Shown here one piece after another: positions 1-10,355 of a DNA stretch of 64,000 nt. The notes under the pieces were generated by a model. That model saw nothing but the letters and a program-made list of their open reading frames with translations. It ran no database searches and was not told the DNA's origin. Each line of letters opens with the position of its first letter. Position 1 is the first letter of the stretch. The translations under genes were made by a program, and so were the position numbers. The DNA lies in contig CAXXTF010000002.1 of the NCBI GenBank assembly GCA_963665775.2, positions 1,024,001 to 1,088,000 of the forward strand. The letters are read 5' to 3'. This stretch comes from Dehalococcoidia bacterium. GTDB lineage: Bacteria; Chloroflexota; Dehalococcoidia; SM23-28-2; RBG-16-64-32.

Positions 1-220
1 GAGCGGGTGTCGGCCAAGCCATGGGTTATCTTGATTCCGTCTTCGCCGGCAGCTCATGGTCGCGTAGCTCGTCGTCAGGAGATAGCCTATAATCTCACCG
101 GACCAAGAAATAATCATCTGAGCACCGCCCTCTCCACGCCTCGGGCACTTCGGGCAAAGGGTGGACTCCGCGGCCTCGAGAACAGCAGATCCCCTACGAT
201 CTCCGACGGGAGTGCAGGCA

Positions 221-655
221 ATGAAAATTGAATCAATCCTAGCCACCATCACCTTAAGACTGATTACAATCCGCCCGGATCAGTCGCTCCAAGATGCCGT
301 GGACCTCTTGGCCGAGCAGAACGTCGGAGCGCTCATAGTCGTAGGCGAATCTGGGCGGCCACTTGGGATCATTTCTGAGCGCGATATTGTTCGCGAAGCG
401 TCTCGGTCTGAGGATTTCCTTGCCCAACCTGTTAGCCGTGTGATGACCTCTGACCTTATCACGGTCTCGCCGGAGGATGATGTGGAGCCAGTGATTCAGA
501 TAATGATGACCCGGCATATCCGCCACTTACCAGTTATCGACCAACAGCGCCTCATAGGAGTTGTGTCCATTCGGGACGTGCTCAAAGCCCATGTCAGCAA
601 TATTCAAGGAGAAGTTGACACGTTGCAAGCGCAGATTATGGAAGAACAGTTGTGA
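221..655 (+). CDS. CBS domain-containing protein
   Basis: Two CBS repeats (TIRPDQSLQDAVDLL..VGALIVV..GIISERDI; TVSPEDDVE..IRHLPVID..GVVSIRDV). ATG at 221 follows a GGAG. Confidence 0.9.
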   Translation: MKIESILATITLRLITIRPDQSLQDAVDLLAEQNVGALIVVGESGRPLGIISERDIVREASRSEDFLAQPVSRVMTSDLITVSPEDDVEPVIQIMMTRHIRHLPVIDQQRLIGVVSIRDVLKAHVSNIQGEVDTLQAQIMEEQL

Positions 656-747
656 CTTCCCCATACCGGACGCACGCTTCGGTTCAAGTTGCCGCCTCGG
701 CAGTACAACGGCGGATGACGAGCCTGGTTCGCGGCTGGTAAACATTC

Positions 748-2148
748 ATGCAATCGGTCGGTACTGACGCTAACCCTCTGCGAGTCGCCATTATAGGTTC
801 CGGGCCAGCCGCCTTCTATGCAGCCAGTCACCTGTTCAAGCAGGAGGGCCTGCAGGCTGAGCTGGACATGTTCGAGCGCCTACCGACACCATACGGTTTG
901 GTGCGGGCCGGCGTCGCACCTGATCACTACAAAATCAAGTCGGTGACACGCGTATTTAGCAAGATCGCGTCCCATCCGCGTTTCCGTTTCTACGGGTCCG
1001 TCGAACTTGGCAAGCACATCTCGGTACCAGATCTCAGGGAACACTATCACCAGATTCTGTACGCAACGGGGGCGCAAACTGACAGGCAGATGGGCATCCC
1101 TGGCGAAGAGCTCACAGGTATTCACCCCGCCACCGAGTTCGTCGGATGGTATAACGGCCACCCCGATTACGGGGACTGTACGTTCGATCTATCCCAGAGA
1201 AGCGCGGCGATCGTCGGAGTGGGCAACGTTGCCATCGACGTTGCACGTATCCTATGCCTCACTCCTGACGAGCTTGCCGTCACTGATATGGCCGGCCACG
1301 CTCGGGAAGCCCTCAGCCAGAGTAGTGTCCAAGAAGTGCATCTGCTCGCACGTCGTGGCCCTGCCCAGGCGGCGTTCACGAATCCAGAGATTAAGGAGCT
1401 TGGCAACCTGGCCGATGCGGAGATCTCCGTACTCCCGGAAGAGGCCCAGCTAGACGACCTGAGCCGCGCCGCGCTCACGGCTGAAGATGATCAGACTACC
1501 CAGCGGAAGGTCGCGATACTGCAGGGGTATGCCTCAAGGAAGCGCGTTGGGAAAAGGCGTCAAATATACGTGCGCTTCTTAGTCTCGCCGATAGAACTGG
1601 TTGGCTCGGCTGCGGGCCAACTTGTGTCTGTGCGCCTGGCGAAGAATGAACTCTACCAGACCGAAGCGGGGACGCTGAGGCCGAAAGCGACAGATCGGGT
1701 CGAAGAGTTGTCAGCCGGCCTGCTCTTCCGCTCCGTGGGTTATCGAGGAGAGGCACTACCGGGAGTGCCGTTCAACGATCGCTGGGGCGTAATCCTTAAC
1801 GAAGCCGGCCGCGTAATCGATCCAGTCACGCAACAACCTGTGGTGGGTGAGTACTGTTCGGGCTGGATAAAGAGGGGCCCGAGCGGTGTCATCGGCACGA
1901 ACAAAGCGGATTCGGTAGAATCGGTGAACTGCATGCTCGAAGATCTGGATAGTGGGTCCATTCTTCGACCCTCAGAGCCTGAGCCGAGCAAGATGGAGGG
2001 TCTGGTGCGTGAGCGCCAACCAAACTATTTCTCGTGGGCCAATTGGCAACATCTCGACGAAATAGAGAGGCGCAACGGTGAAGCAGACGGGCGCTCACGT
2101 GAGAAGTTCACACGAGTAAAGGACATGCGCGCGGCAATTGGGCGCTAG
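748..2148 (+). CDS. Ferredoxin--NADP+ reductase, FprA/adrenodoxin reductase type
   Basis: FAD motif VAIIGSGPAAFY, PYGLVRAGVAPDH, FVGWYNGHP, NADP motif GVGNVAIDVAR, GWIKRGPSGVIGTNK. Confidence 0.9.
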   Translation: MQSVGTDANPLRVAIIGSGPAAFYAASHLFKQEGLQAELDMFERLPTPYGLVRAGVAPDHYKIKSVTRVFSKIASHPRFRFYGSVELGKHISVPDLREHYHQILYATGAQTDRQMGIPGEELTGIHPATEFVGWYNGHPDYGDCTFDLSQRSAAIVGVGNVAIDVARILCLTPDELAVTDMAGHAREALSQSSVQEVHLLARRGPAQAAFTNPEIKELGNLADAEISVLPEEAQLDDLSRAALTAEDDQTTQRKVAILQGYASRKRVGKRRQIYVRFLVSPIELVGSAAGQLVSVRLAKNELYQTEAGTLRPKATDRVEELSAGLLFRSVGYRGEALPGVPFNDRWGVILNEAGRVIDPVTQQPVVGEYCSGWIKRGPSGVIGTNKADSVESVNCMLEDLDSGSILRPSEPEPSKMEGLVRERQPNYFSWANWQHLDEIERRNGEADGRSREKFTRVKDMRAAIGR

Positions 2149-2629
2149 CCACCCGAAGTCGACGCACAGCCCCACCCGGTCACCATCTGGAATCCGCGCA
2201 TCCCACGTAGCTTCTGTCCCGGTGCTCGTCCCCCTCGCCCGAACGACGGCGAACGAGTTCGGTATAGCGATGAGTGATCCCAGTTTCATGGTAGCTGTAC
2301 TTCCCTGCGAGCAATTGAGGGGCGTGCGTCGTTACGTGCAAATCACCGTGTTTCTCGATCCAAACCTTCGCCACGAGTACCGAATTCGGAGGTTGACCGC
2401 AGCCTGTGTAGAGTTCTAGGAGCTTCTTCGACGTGGCCGATCATGCCGCAAGAAACACGCCCAGGAGTTTATCACCACTGGACGAACATCGGCATCTATG
2501 TTCAATGGCGGCCAAATCGCATGCGTGCCATTCGAGCTAACCCTGGCCTTGAGCGCTTAGCCTGTGAGAGCGATGACAGGTGGCACGCCAGGCTGCCGGG
2601 CGCCTGTTTCTTGCTCGCCTTGATTTGTT

Positions 2630-2652
2630 GGGGGGGGGGGGGGGGGGGGGGG
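2630..2652. repeat. Poly-G homopolymer (23 nt)
   Basis: Uninterrupted G run, seen directly in the sequence. Confidence 0.95.
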
Positions 2653-2723
2653 CAGATTGCGGGTGACAGCCTCAGGGTCTGACTCTTGACAGACGTCGGA
2701 CCGACAACCTTTACGGTCGTGTA

Positions 2724-2761
2724 GACGACGATTGTCGGCGCTGGCGCCGACAATCGTCGTC
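2724..2761. repeat. Perfect 18-bp inverted repeat with 2-nt spacer
   Basis: GACGACGATTGTCGGCGC-TG-GCGCCGACAATCGTCGTC. Confidence 0.95.
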
Positions 2762-3090
2762 ACGTTGGCCTCCCCAGGCTGCCTCTCCGAGCTCTTGAGG
2801 GTGGCCGTGGCCTTACCAGCGCCGGAGTTTCCCAGCCCTAATCGGCCTCAACACTCACCCGCAGCAACTCGCCCCCGGCTTCCAGGCGCACCAGACCAAC
2901 GCGCCCGGGTAGAGTCTTAGCGACTTGCCCCGCTCCTTGGCCCACCGGCCAATGCGTTCGACGAGCTGGCTCTTGCGGTAAAGACGTGATAGACCGATTT
3001 GTACTCAGTCCGGGAGACCGCGGCTCAGCTTAGTCGTCAGGCCCAATAGACACCGATAAGACAGTTGTTGGGTCTGGCGAAGGGTGACAA

Positions 3091-4356
3091 TCAGGGCGCG
3101 AAGCGGTAGACGACGGGTAGCTCTGCAATGTCTGTGACTCTGGGATCGGTGTGGTGCGATATGTGAACGCGGCCGGTGCCGCAGTCGCCGAACTCGTCAC
3201 AGGAGATAACCCCGATGATGCCCCTAAAGCCGGTGGTACCGGTCAGCGCCTCCCGGAGCCTGGCCCGGTCGATGTAAAGGGTATCTCCGTCGACAACCGC
3301 GACCTCCTCGATGGCCCGAAGGAGGATAGTGGCTGCGTCATAAGCGTGGGCCAGGTAAGCGGATGTGGGCGTCTCGCCGTACCGCTCTCGATAGTCGGCG
3401 ATGAGCGTGTCGCCGCTCTTGCCGGTCGCCTCGTTGGTATTGTCGCCAAAGCTCAACTCGGGACCTGGGAAGTAGATGCCTTCCGACTCGGGGATGGCTA
3501 GGAACTCGGGGGTCAGCAGGGCCGCACCGCCAACGAGTGTCACGTCCTCAAGCCCAGCGATCTGGCCGAGCTGCCGGACGATGGATGCGCCTTCTTTTTG
3601 GAAAAGCGGAAAGAAGATGCCGTCCGGACTGCCAGCTGCAATCTGAGTGAGGACGGGGGCCATGTCCGTATCGCCCCTGCTGACAGTGGCGATGTCGACC
3701 GAGCCGCCAAGCTCTTCGAACGCGGTAGTGAAGGCGCCGGTCAAGCCGGAGGTGTACGGGTCGCCGTCATGGATGGCAGCCATGCTGCGCAGGCGGAGTT
3801 CGTTGTAGGCGAACTGAGCGACCGCCCGTGCCTTGTAGAGGTCGTTGCTGGCAGTCCGGTAGTAGCCGGGGTGGTAGTTGGAACCGGCGTTGCCGCGAAA
3901 GTCGGAGGTCAGCGAGGGGGACGTAGTGGAGGATGCAACCATCACCAGACCGGCTGCGCTGAGGATTGGCGAAGCAGCCATGGCAGCGACGGAGCAAGAC
4001 GGGCCAATTACGCCGACGATTCGGGGGTCGCCGGTCACCGTATTGGCGGCGGCACGTCCACCTTCCTCGGTGCAGAGAGAGTCAAGACCGGCAGCCATCG
4101 AGACATCGTGCCCTTTGATAGGGCCGTAGTCCGCCAACGCCAGCACAACTCCGCGGTGGCTGGGAACGCCTAGTTCGCCGAGACCCGTAAGTACGTGCAT
4201 CGAACGTATCTGGATAGCATCGCCGGGAGCCAACTCCACGGCTCCAAGCCGACCGGCTTCGAAATCCTGTCCGCCGCAGGAGACGGCCGCCAGCACAAGA
4301 GCTGAAAGCAAGCCAAGCCAGCGTAATGGTTTGGGACAGGGCCGGTATGTGATCAT
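3091..4356 (-). CDS. Branched-chain amino acid ABC transporter substrate-binding lipoprotein (LivJ/LivK family)
   Basis: Lipobox LAAVSC after a hydrophobic signal. VGVIGPSCS, STTSPSLT, YYRTASND, YLAHAYDA and GVISCDEFGD motifs. Confidence 0.85.
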   Translation of the reverse strand: MITYRPCPKPLRWLGLLSALVLAAVSCGGQDFEAGRLGAVELAPGDAIQIRSMHVLTGLGELGVPSHRGVVLALADYGPIKGHDVSMAAGLDSLCTEEGGRAAANTVTGDPRIVGVIGPSCSVAAMAASPILSAAGLVMVASSTTSPSLTSDFRGNAGSNYHPGYYRTASNDLYKARAVAQFAYNELRLRSMAAIHDGDPYTSGLTGAFTTAFEELGGSVDIATVSRGDTDMAPVLTQIAAGSPDGIFFPLFQKEGASIVRQLGQIAGLEDVTLVGGAALLTPEFLAIPESEGIYFPGPELSFGDNTNEATGKSGDTLIADYRERYGETPTSAYLAHAYDAATILLRAIEEVAVVDGDTLYIDRARLREALTGTTGFRGIIGVISCDEFGDCGTGRVHISHHTDPRVTDIAELPVVYRFAP

Positions 4357-4488
4357 TAGCGTTCTCCACTCTATCCCTACCTGAGACTAACTGCTTCCGC
4401 CGCTGTTCCGCTTCTTGCAACGTGCGGCTCGAGGATCGCGTGTTGCCAAGCAAACCGTACCACACCGCGGCGATCAGCGCACCTTTTG

Positions 4489-5680
4489 TGACCTGCCCCC
4501 CTAAACGCTACCACAGGCTATGATTAGTGTGGCCATCGCCGTAGTCTCCAGGGATGCCGCGGTGGAGCCCGGCCATGGCACGATCGCTTGCGGTGCTGGC
4601 GGCCGGTAGCCGAGAGCGCTATGCGGGCGCACCTCGTTGTAGTTCCGTCGCCACCGCTCGCAGAGGACCTGTGCTTCCAGCACCGTGTCGAACACCTCCC
4701 CATTCAATAGTTCATCACGTAGCTTCCCATTGAACGACTCGATGTAGCCGTTCTCCCAGGGGCTCCCGGGCTCGATATACAGAGTCTGCACGCCTACCCG
4801 CTCTAGCCAGGTCCGGAGCGCACGTGCCGTGAACTCTGGCCCGTTGTCCGAGCGCAGGTAGCCAGGCACTCCCTTGTGAACTCGTCCAGCACCGTCAAGA
4901 GCCGCAGGGGACGGCCGTCGCTGGTGCGGGTAAACACGAAGTCGTAGCTCCAGACGTGGTTAGGCTCAGTCAGCCTGAGCCTAACGCAGGAGCCGTCTGT
5001 CAACCAGAGCCGCCTCCGCTTCGGCTGCTTCGCCGGCACCTTCAGGCCTTCCCGCCGCCAGAGCCGCTCTACCCGCTTGTGGTTCACCCGAAAACCCTCC
5101 TCTCGCAGCAGGGCGGTCACCCGTCGGTAACCGTAGCGCCCGTACTCGGTCGCTAGCTCCACCATCCGCCTCAGCAGCCTCCCTTCATCGTCGGGAGGAG
5201 AACCCCACCGCCGCTGCGTCGATCGCTCCTGCCCCAGGGCCTGGCAGGCCCGGCGCTCCGAGATGACCGCGTGGCCCAACGCATTCCGCACCCAGACCAC
5301 CGCCTGTCGTCTCTTGGCCGGGCTCAGAAGTTTCCCTGCGCCGCCTCCTTCAGGATGGCGTTGTCCAGGGAGAGATCGGCTACCAGCTTCTTCAGCCCCA
5401 GGTTCTCCTGCTCCAGCTCCCGCAGCCGCTTGGCCTGCTCCCTCCTCAGGCCGCCCTACTCCTTCCGCCAGCGGTAGTAGATCTGCTCTGCCACGCCCAG
5501 CTTCCTGCAGACCTCGGGCACAGCCAGGCCCTTAGCCAGCCCGACCTCCGCCTCCCTCAACTTGTTGATGATCTCCTCTGCCGTGTGATGCTGCCTGCCC
5601 AATCCTTCTGCCCCCTTTCTCTGGCCCAGAACCCCTGATTACTAACATTGGGCCTGGACTCGTTTTCGGGGGCAAGGTCA
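4489..5680 (-). mobile_element. IS3-family insertion sequence (IS407-like), degenerate
   Basis: Imperfect terminal inverted repeats with TG..CA ends (TGACCTGCCCCCCTAAACG and TGACCTTGCCCCCGAAAACG). orfA/orfB organisation with a GGGAAAC slippery site at 5330-5336. No obvious target duplication. Confidence 0.9.
4501..5602 (-). pseudogene. IS3 transposase orfA/orfB pseudogene
   Basis: orfA 5602-5324 (MGRQHHTAEEIINKLREAE..YYRWRKE*GG..LDNAILKEAAQGNF) has an in-frame TAG at 5456-5458. orfB ([37 protein letters not shown]) is frameshifted at about 4861-4873. Confidence 0.88.
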
Positions 5681-7284
5681 CCGTAGGAGGAATGTGATAC
5701 AAGAACTCCGTTCGCATTGAAGCGGCAACCAGGCGGTGGGCGCATGTTTGCATTTCGTTTGCAAAATGGCCCTCCGGTGATTTGCAGAGCTTCTGGGCAA
5801 GTGCTAAATCGACCTGACTCAGATACGATTTGGGTGCCTCTGGCGGGGTCAGCGGAACCAGGTCGATGATTAGCTAGGGGAGTAAGAGACCGCTCCCTGA
5901 TGGCATTGTGCCTGGGAAGGGCCACGCAGAAGCTGCTGCCCTCTTTGCTGGCGCTCTCCACCCAGATGCGGCCGTTGTGCAGCTCCACCAGGGACTTGGC
6001 GATGGCCAGGCCCAGGCCGAGGCCGGACCGGTCACCGCGATAAAACGGTTCGAAGATGCGCTCCCGGTCCTCCGTGGCGACACCGGGTCCAGAGTCGATC
6101 ACGCTCACGATGACCTCTCCCTTCTCGACACGGCTGCACACCTCGACACGGCCGCCGCGAGGCGTATAGCGCTGGGCGTTGGAGAGGAGGTTAATCAACA
6201 CCTGCTCGAAGCGCAGGCGATCGACCAGGAGAGCGGTGTCGGGCGCGGCCAGCCGTATCTCCAGGGTCTGATGCTTGGCCGCGATGAGGGGCTGGATGAT
6301 GCCCGCAGCGCTGGCGACGATGTCGCCCAGGGTCGCCTCATCTAGCTCAAGCCGAGGTTAAAACTCGTCCTCTCGGGAGACGTTTACCAGATCAGCCACA
6401 AGGCTGGAGAGACGAGAAGCCCCCTTCACGATGTGGCGCACCAGCCGCGTGCGGGTGTCGCTGCCGGCGTCCCTCTCCTCCTCCAGAAGCATCTCAGCCG
6501 CCATCTTTATCGACGTGAGCGGCGTCCGCAGCTCGTGGGAGACGGTCGTCAAGAAATCGCTCTTCATGCGGTTGACCTGCTGTAGGTGATGGGCATGGGC
6601 CCGCTGGCCCTCGTACAGGCGGCAGTTGTCCAGAGCCAGCCCCATGACCATGCCCAGAGCGGCTAGCAACCTCTGATCGCGCGTCTCACCGTTACTTCGA
6701 TCGGCAGCCACGGCCAGCACACCCTCCGGACGCTCGCGGCCGACCAGGGGCACGTAGATTATCCGTTCCCCCTTGCCGAGGCTCTTGAACCAGGGGTCAT
6801 CACTGATCGAGGCCCTGCTTCCCTGCCGCAGCATCTCCTACAGCGAGCGCGGATCTAGGGACACCTGAGGAGCCCGCTCTAGCCATGCCGAGGGAAAGCC
6901 ACAGGCGGCTACGGGAAGCAGGGCCTCCCCATCCTCGCTCAGCCAGGCTACGACGACGGCTTCCGCGCGCAGCCAATGACCAACCAGCTCCGCGCCTCGC
7001 TGGCAGGCCTCGCGAAAGTCGTGGATAGAGGCCAGCTCATAGCCCAGGCGGTGGGGATAGGCGTAGCGGCGGCGCATGCGGTAGTCCCAGCGGGTGACAA
7101 GCTCTATGGCCATATAGGTATAGAGAGCAGCCAACGCTACCGCCAGGCCGGTCTGAAAGCCCGACAGTCCAAGAAGCAGGACGTATACGGGCGTGAGGCT
7201 GAGTATGGTCACCCCGAGCGCCAAAAGGGCCCAGCGCCTTAGAAGGCTGACTTCCCGTACGGGGTCCGAATGGAAATCTACCAT
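5557..7284 (-). pseudogene. Membrane sensor histidine kinase (2 TM, GAF-like, HisKA, HATPase) interrupted by two in-frame stops
   Basis: ORFs 7284-6838, 6834-6358 and 6201-5557 share one frame, with TAG at 6838-6840 and TAA at 6358-6360. H-box SHELRTPL, N-box NLLSNA, G1 DSGPG, G2 GLGLGLAI. The true 3' end is uncertain because the frame runs on into the IS. Confidence 0.85.
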
Positions 7285-7424
7285 GAGAAGAGAGCAGTTT
7301 CACAAAGTAAGGATGAGCTTTCATAGAGAGGAGTTACAGGACAGTCAGAAGAGATGGGAAAAACAGACGCCCCCAGAATTTGAATATTAACGTGGCAACG
7401 AGATGATGAGGGTGGAATTCCGTC

Positions 7425-8111
7425 CTAGACGGCGACGAACATATAGCCGACACCTCGCTCGCTGACGATGCGTCCGACGGTATCGGGATCGCCCTCTAGC
7501 TTCTGACGGAGGCGGCGGACATACACCTTGAGGTATTCCATCTCATCGGCGTACTCCCTACCCCAGACCTTGGCCAGCAAGGTGCGGTGAGACAGCACGC
7601 GGCCGGCGCTGCGGGTCAAGTGAAAGAGCAGCAGATACTCGGTGGGCGTCAGCCGCACTGGCTGACCGCGGAGGGTCACCTGGCGGCTGGCGTAATCGAT
7701 GCGGAGGTCGCCCGAGTCGAAGACCTCGCCTACGGCCGGGAGCTGGCTCTCGTAACGGCGAAGCACGGCCCGAACCCTGGCCAGAAGCTCCAGGTGGCTG
7801 AAAGGCTTGGTTACGTAATCGTCGGCACCCATCTCCAGGCCACGAACCTTGTCCATCTCGCCATCTCGGGCGCTCACCATGATGATGGGGACATCGGAGG
7901 AGCGCCGGACCTCCCGGCAGACCTGGAAGCCGTCACGATCCGGGAGCATGATGTCCAGCAGGATGAGATCGGGAGACGTCTCCTCAATCAAAGCGAGGGC
8001 CTCGTCTCCATTCTTGGCGGCGATGACCTCAGCCTCAGGCCAGCGCAGGCCGAAACAGAGGTTCACGACCTCGATGACGTCTGGCTCGTCGTCTACTACC
8101 AGTACCTTCAT
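7425..8111 (-). CDS. OmpR/KdpE-family response regulator
   Basis: MKVLVVDDE, LLDIMLP, GADDYVTKPF, winged-helix LTPTEY..LKVYVRRLRQKLE..GVGY. Start moved to the ATG at 8111. Confidence 0.93.
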   Translation of the reverse strand: MKVLVVDDEPDVIEVVNLCFGLRWPEAEVIAAKNGDEALALIEETSPDLILLDIMLPDRDGFQVCREVRRSSDVPIIMVSARDGEMDKVRGLEMGADDYVTKPFSHLELLARVRAVLRRYESQLPAVGEVFDSGDLRIDYASRQVTLRGQPVRLTPTEYLLLFHLTRSAGRVLSHRTLLAKVWGREYADEMEYLKVYVRRLRQKLEGDPDTVGRIVSERGVGYMFVAV

Positions 8112-8276
8112 TGCAGTCCTATCAGGGTCGGGCCCTCTCAAGATATGTAACAGGGCCGGACACACCGTTACAAAGGTAAGATTCCGCATACCCTCAGGTT
8201 GTTACAGGGGTGGCGGTGGCAGTAGACAGACGTAATGTAGCAGCACAGCTTTAACCGTAGTGCGCGGCGACTACTG

Positions 8277-8792
8277 TTACTGCCCGGAGTCCGGGACAGC
8301 TTCCTTAGACTGCCCGTTACGGCGCCCACATGGATGCCCGGTGGGATCTATGGGAAGACCGCAAAGCTGACATACCGGCCGGCCGGCCTCGACGATCTCG
8401 TCTAGCTGAACCGCAACGACTGAGCACTGCGCCAAGGTTAGTCGAACGCGCAGGGTGGGGTCATCCTCTTCGCCGAGACCGAGCTCGTGCACTTGCAGGG
8501 CGACAGTTTGGTTAGACTCATCGAACCCGACACCGATGATACCGACTCGGAACTCGCGCTCAGCGGCCTCGGGAATCTCCTCGGCAACTGCCATATCTGG
8601 CCGGTCTTCATACTTGAGCCCGGAGATGATCCGCCGGAATGCGAAGCCTAGCGCTCGCACATGCTCCTTCTCGACCCAAAGCCAGACGGTCTCGGACGCG
8701 GAGCCCAGTATGCGTATTCGGAAGGTCCGTTGGCCCGGCTCCCCGAACGATCGCACGTCAATGCGCCGTGCAACGCCAAAGTCGATCGACAT
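8277..8792 (-). CDS. DUF3090-family protein
   Basis: GEPGQRTFRI, WVEKEHV, and C-terminal AGRPVCQLCGLPIDPTGHPCGRRNG typical of this Actinobacteria/Chloroflexi family. Start at the ATG at 8792. Confidence 0.8.
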   Translation of the reverse strand: MSIDFGVARRIDVRSFGEPGQRTFRIRILGSASETVWLWVEKEHVRALGFAFRRIISGLKYEDRPDMAVAEEIPEAAEREFRVGIIGVGFDESNQTVALQVHELGLGEEDDPTLRVRLTLAQCSVVAVQLDEIVEAGRPVCQLCGLPIDPTGHPCGRRNGQSKEAVPDSGQ

Positions 8793-9048
8793 TCGTCCGC
8801 CCCCAGACAAACCACATTGGGCCGCCAGCCCACGATTTCTAACTGATGATAGCCCGGCAGCAAACTTCCGGTCAAAGGCGCACCGCGGTTTCGATGCCAA
8901 AACGGCCCCGGCGGGAGCGCGATTGGGCCGCCGTCTTCTCATCGCTGCCCCTTGCGGTCAGCGGCGACGGCGAGTAAGCTGAACCGAAAAAGCCCGTGTA
9001 TGCCACAGAGGGGGGCTGCAATTGTGAGCGCACCCTTACGCTGACGCC

Positions 9049-10332
9049 ATGACCAATCCAACAGACCGACCGTTAGCTGCGCCCGACCTCTCCGACCTGA
9101 CCATCGATGGGATGATCAGGGAGCGTTACGACGGCCGCGACGAGCGGGACATTTTCGCTAAGGCGTACGAGTTTACCCTGGCCGAGCAGGCGCGATCCGT
9201 CCAGCTCTACCCCTTCTTCCAACCGCTAGACAAGAACGACGGCCCAGAGGCCCAGATATACGGTCGCCAGGTCCTTATGCTGGGCTCCAACAACTACCTG
9301 GGCCTGACCCGCCACCCCAAGGTCATGGAGGCGGCCCGTGACGCCATCAGCCAGTACGGCAGCTCCATGACCGGATCCCGCCTCCTCAACGGCAGCACAC
9401 ACCTCCACGAAGAGCTGGAGGAGCGAATAGCCCGCTTCCTGGGCAAGGAAGGGGCCCTGGTGTTCACCACTGGCTATCAGGCCAACCTGGGCACCATATC
9501 GTCGCTCGTCGGCCGACACTCCGTCGCCGTCGTCGACAAGTTGGACCACGCCAGCATCTACGACGGTTGCCGTCTGGCCGACGGCGAGATGATCCGCTTT
9601 CGCCACAACGATGCCGACAACCTCGATTCGGTGCTCAAACGCGTGGACAAGGGGAAGGCCTGCCTGGTGATCGTGGATGGTGTATTCAGCATGGGCGGCG
9701 ACATCGTCGACCTGCCACGAATTGCCGAGGTGTGCCGGCGGCATGGCGCTCGGCTCCTGGTAGACGATGCCCACGCTACCGGAGTCCTCGGCCAGGGAGG
9801 GCGGGGCACCGCCAGCCACTTCGGTATAGAGGACCAGGTAGACCTGATCATCGGCACCTTCTCCAAATCGCTCGCCTCCATCGGCGGCTTTGTAGCCGGG
9901 CCCAAAGTCGTCCTGGAATGGATAAAGCACTTCGGCCGCGCTATGATGTTCAGCGCCAGTCTGCCGCCGGCCTCCACTGCGGCGGCCATGGCCTCCCTGG
10001 AGGTTCTGGAGGAGGAGCCGGAGCTGACGCAGAAGCTGCTGCGGCTGGCCGCCCTCCTCCGGGACGGTCTCCGCCAGATCGGCTTCGATGTCGGCGATTC
10101 CCAGACGTCCATCGTCCCCGTCAAAATCGGCGACGAATACGCCACCGTTCTCTTCTGGAAGCTCCTCCTAGAGCACGGCGTCTACACGAACCCCATCATC
10201 TATCCAGCCGTGCCTATCGGCAACGCGATGCTGCGCACCAGCTGCATGGCCACCCACACCCAGGAACAGATCGAGACGGCCCTGGAGCAGTTCCGAGCCG
10301 TCGGTCGCGAGCAAGGGCTCATCGCCGAGTAG
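9049..10332 (+). CDS. spt: Serine palmitoyltransferase (alpha-oxoamine synthase family, PLP-dependent)
   Basis: LYPFF, GSNNYLGLT, GSRLLNGS, TTGYQANLG, DHASIYDG, DDAH, PLP-lysine motif GTFSKS and FSASLPP. These variants fit bacterial Spt better than BioF or Kbl, and the gene context agrees. Confidence 0.82.
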   Translation: MTNPTDRPLAAPDLSDLTIDGMIRERYDGRDERDIFAKAYEFTLAEQARSVQLYPFFQPLDKNDGPEAQIYGRQVLMLGSNNYLGLTRHPKVMEAARDAISQYGSSMTGSRLLNGSTHLHEELEERIARFLGKEGALVFTTGYQANLGTISSLVGRHSVAVVDKLDHASIYDGCRLADGEMIRFRHNDADNLDSVLKRVDKGKACLVIVDGVFSMGGDIVDLPRIAEVCRRHGARLLVDDAHATGVLGQGGRGTASHFGIEDQVDLIIGTFSKSLASIGGFVAGPKVVLEWIKHFGRAMMFSASLPPASTAAAMASLEVLEEEPELTQKLLRLAALLRDGLRQIGFDVGDSQTSIVPVKIGDEYATVLFWKLLLEHGVYTNPIIYPAVPIGNAMLRTSCMATHTQEQIETALEQFRAVGREQGLIAE

Positions 10333-10355
10333 CCGAGAGCGGTACACGAAGGGCG

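Noticed and set aside
2180-2445. Minus-strand ORF with a KYSYHETG segment
   Set aside because: Protein-like but lacks a convincing start or RBS. At best a gene remnant, and I cannot assign it.
9049-10332. Annotation as BioF or Kbl
   Set aside because: The motif variants (GSRLLNG, DHASIYDG, GTFSKS) and the bCerS-like and SDR neighbours favour Spt. No biotin or threonine dehydrogenase genes are nearby. Not formally excluded without a phylogeny.
9567-10355. N-terminal 263 aa of the listed 640-aa ORF
   Set aside because: An alternate-frame overlap of spt with Arg/Pro-rich composition. The real gene starts at ATG 10356.
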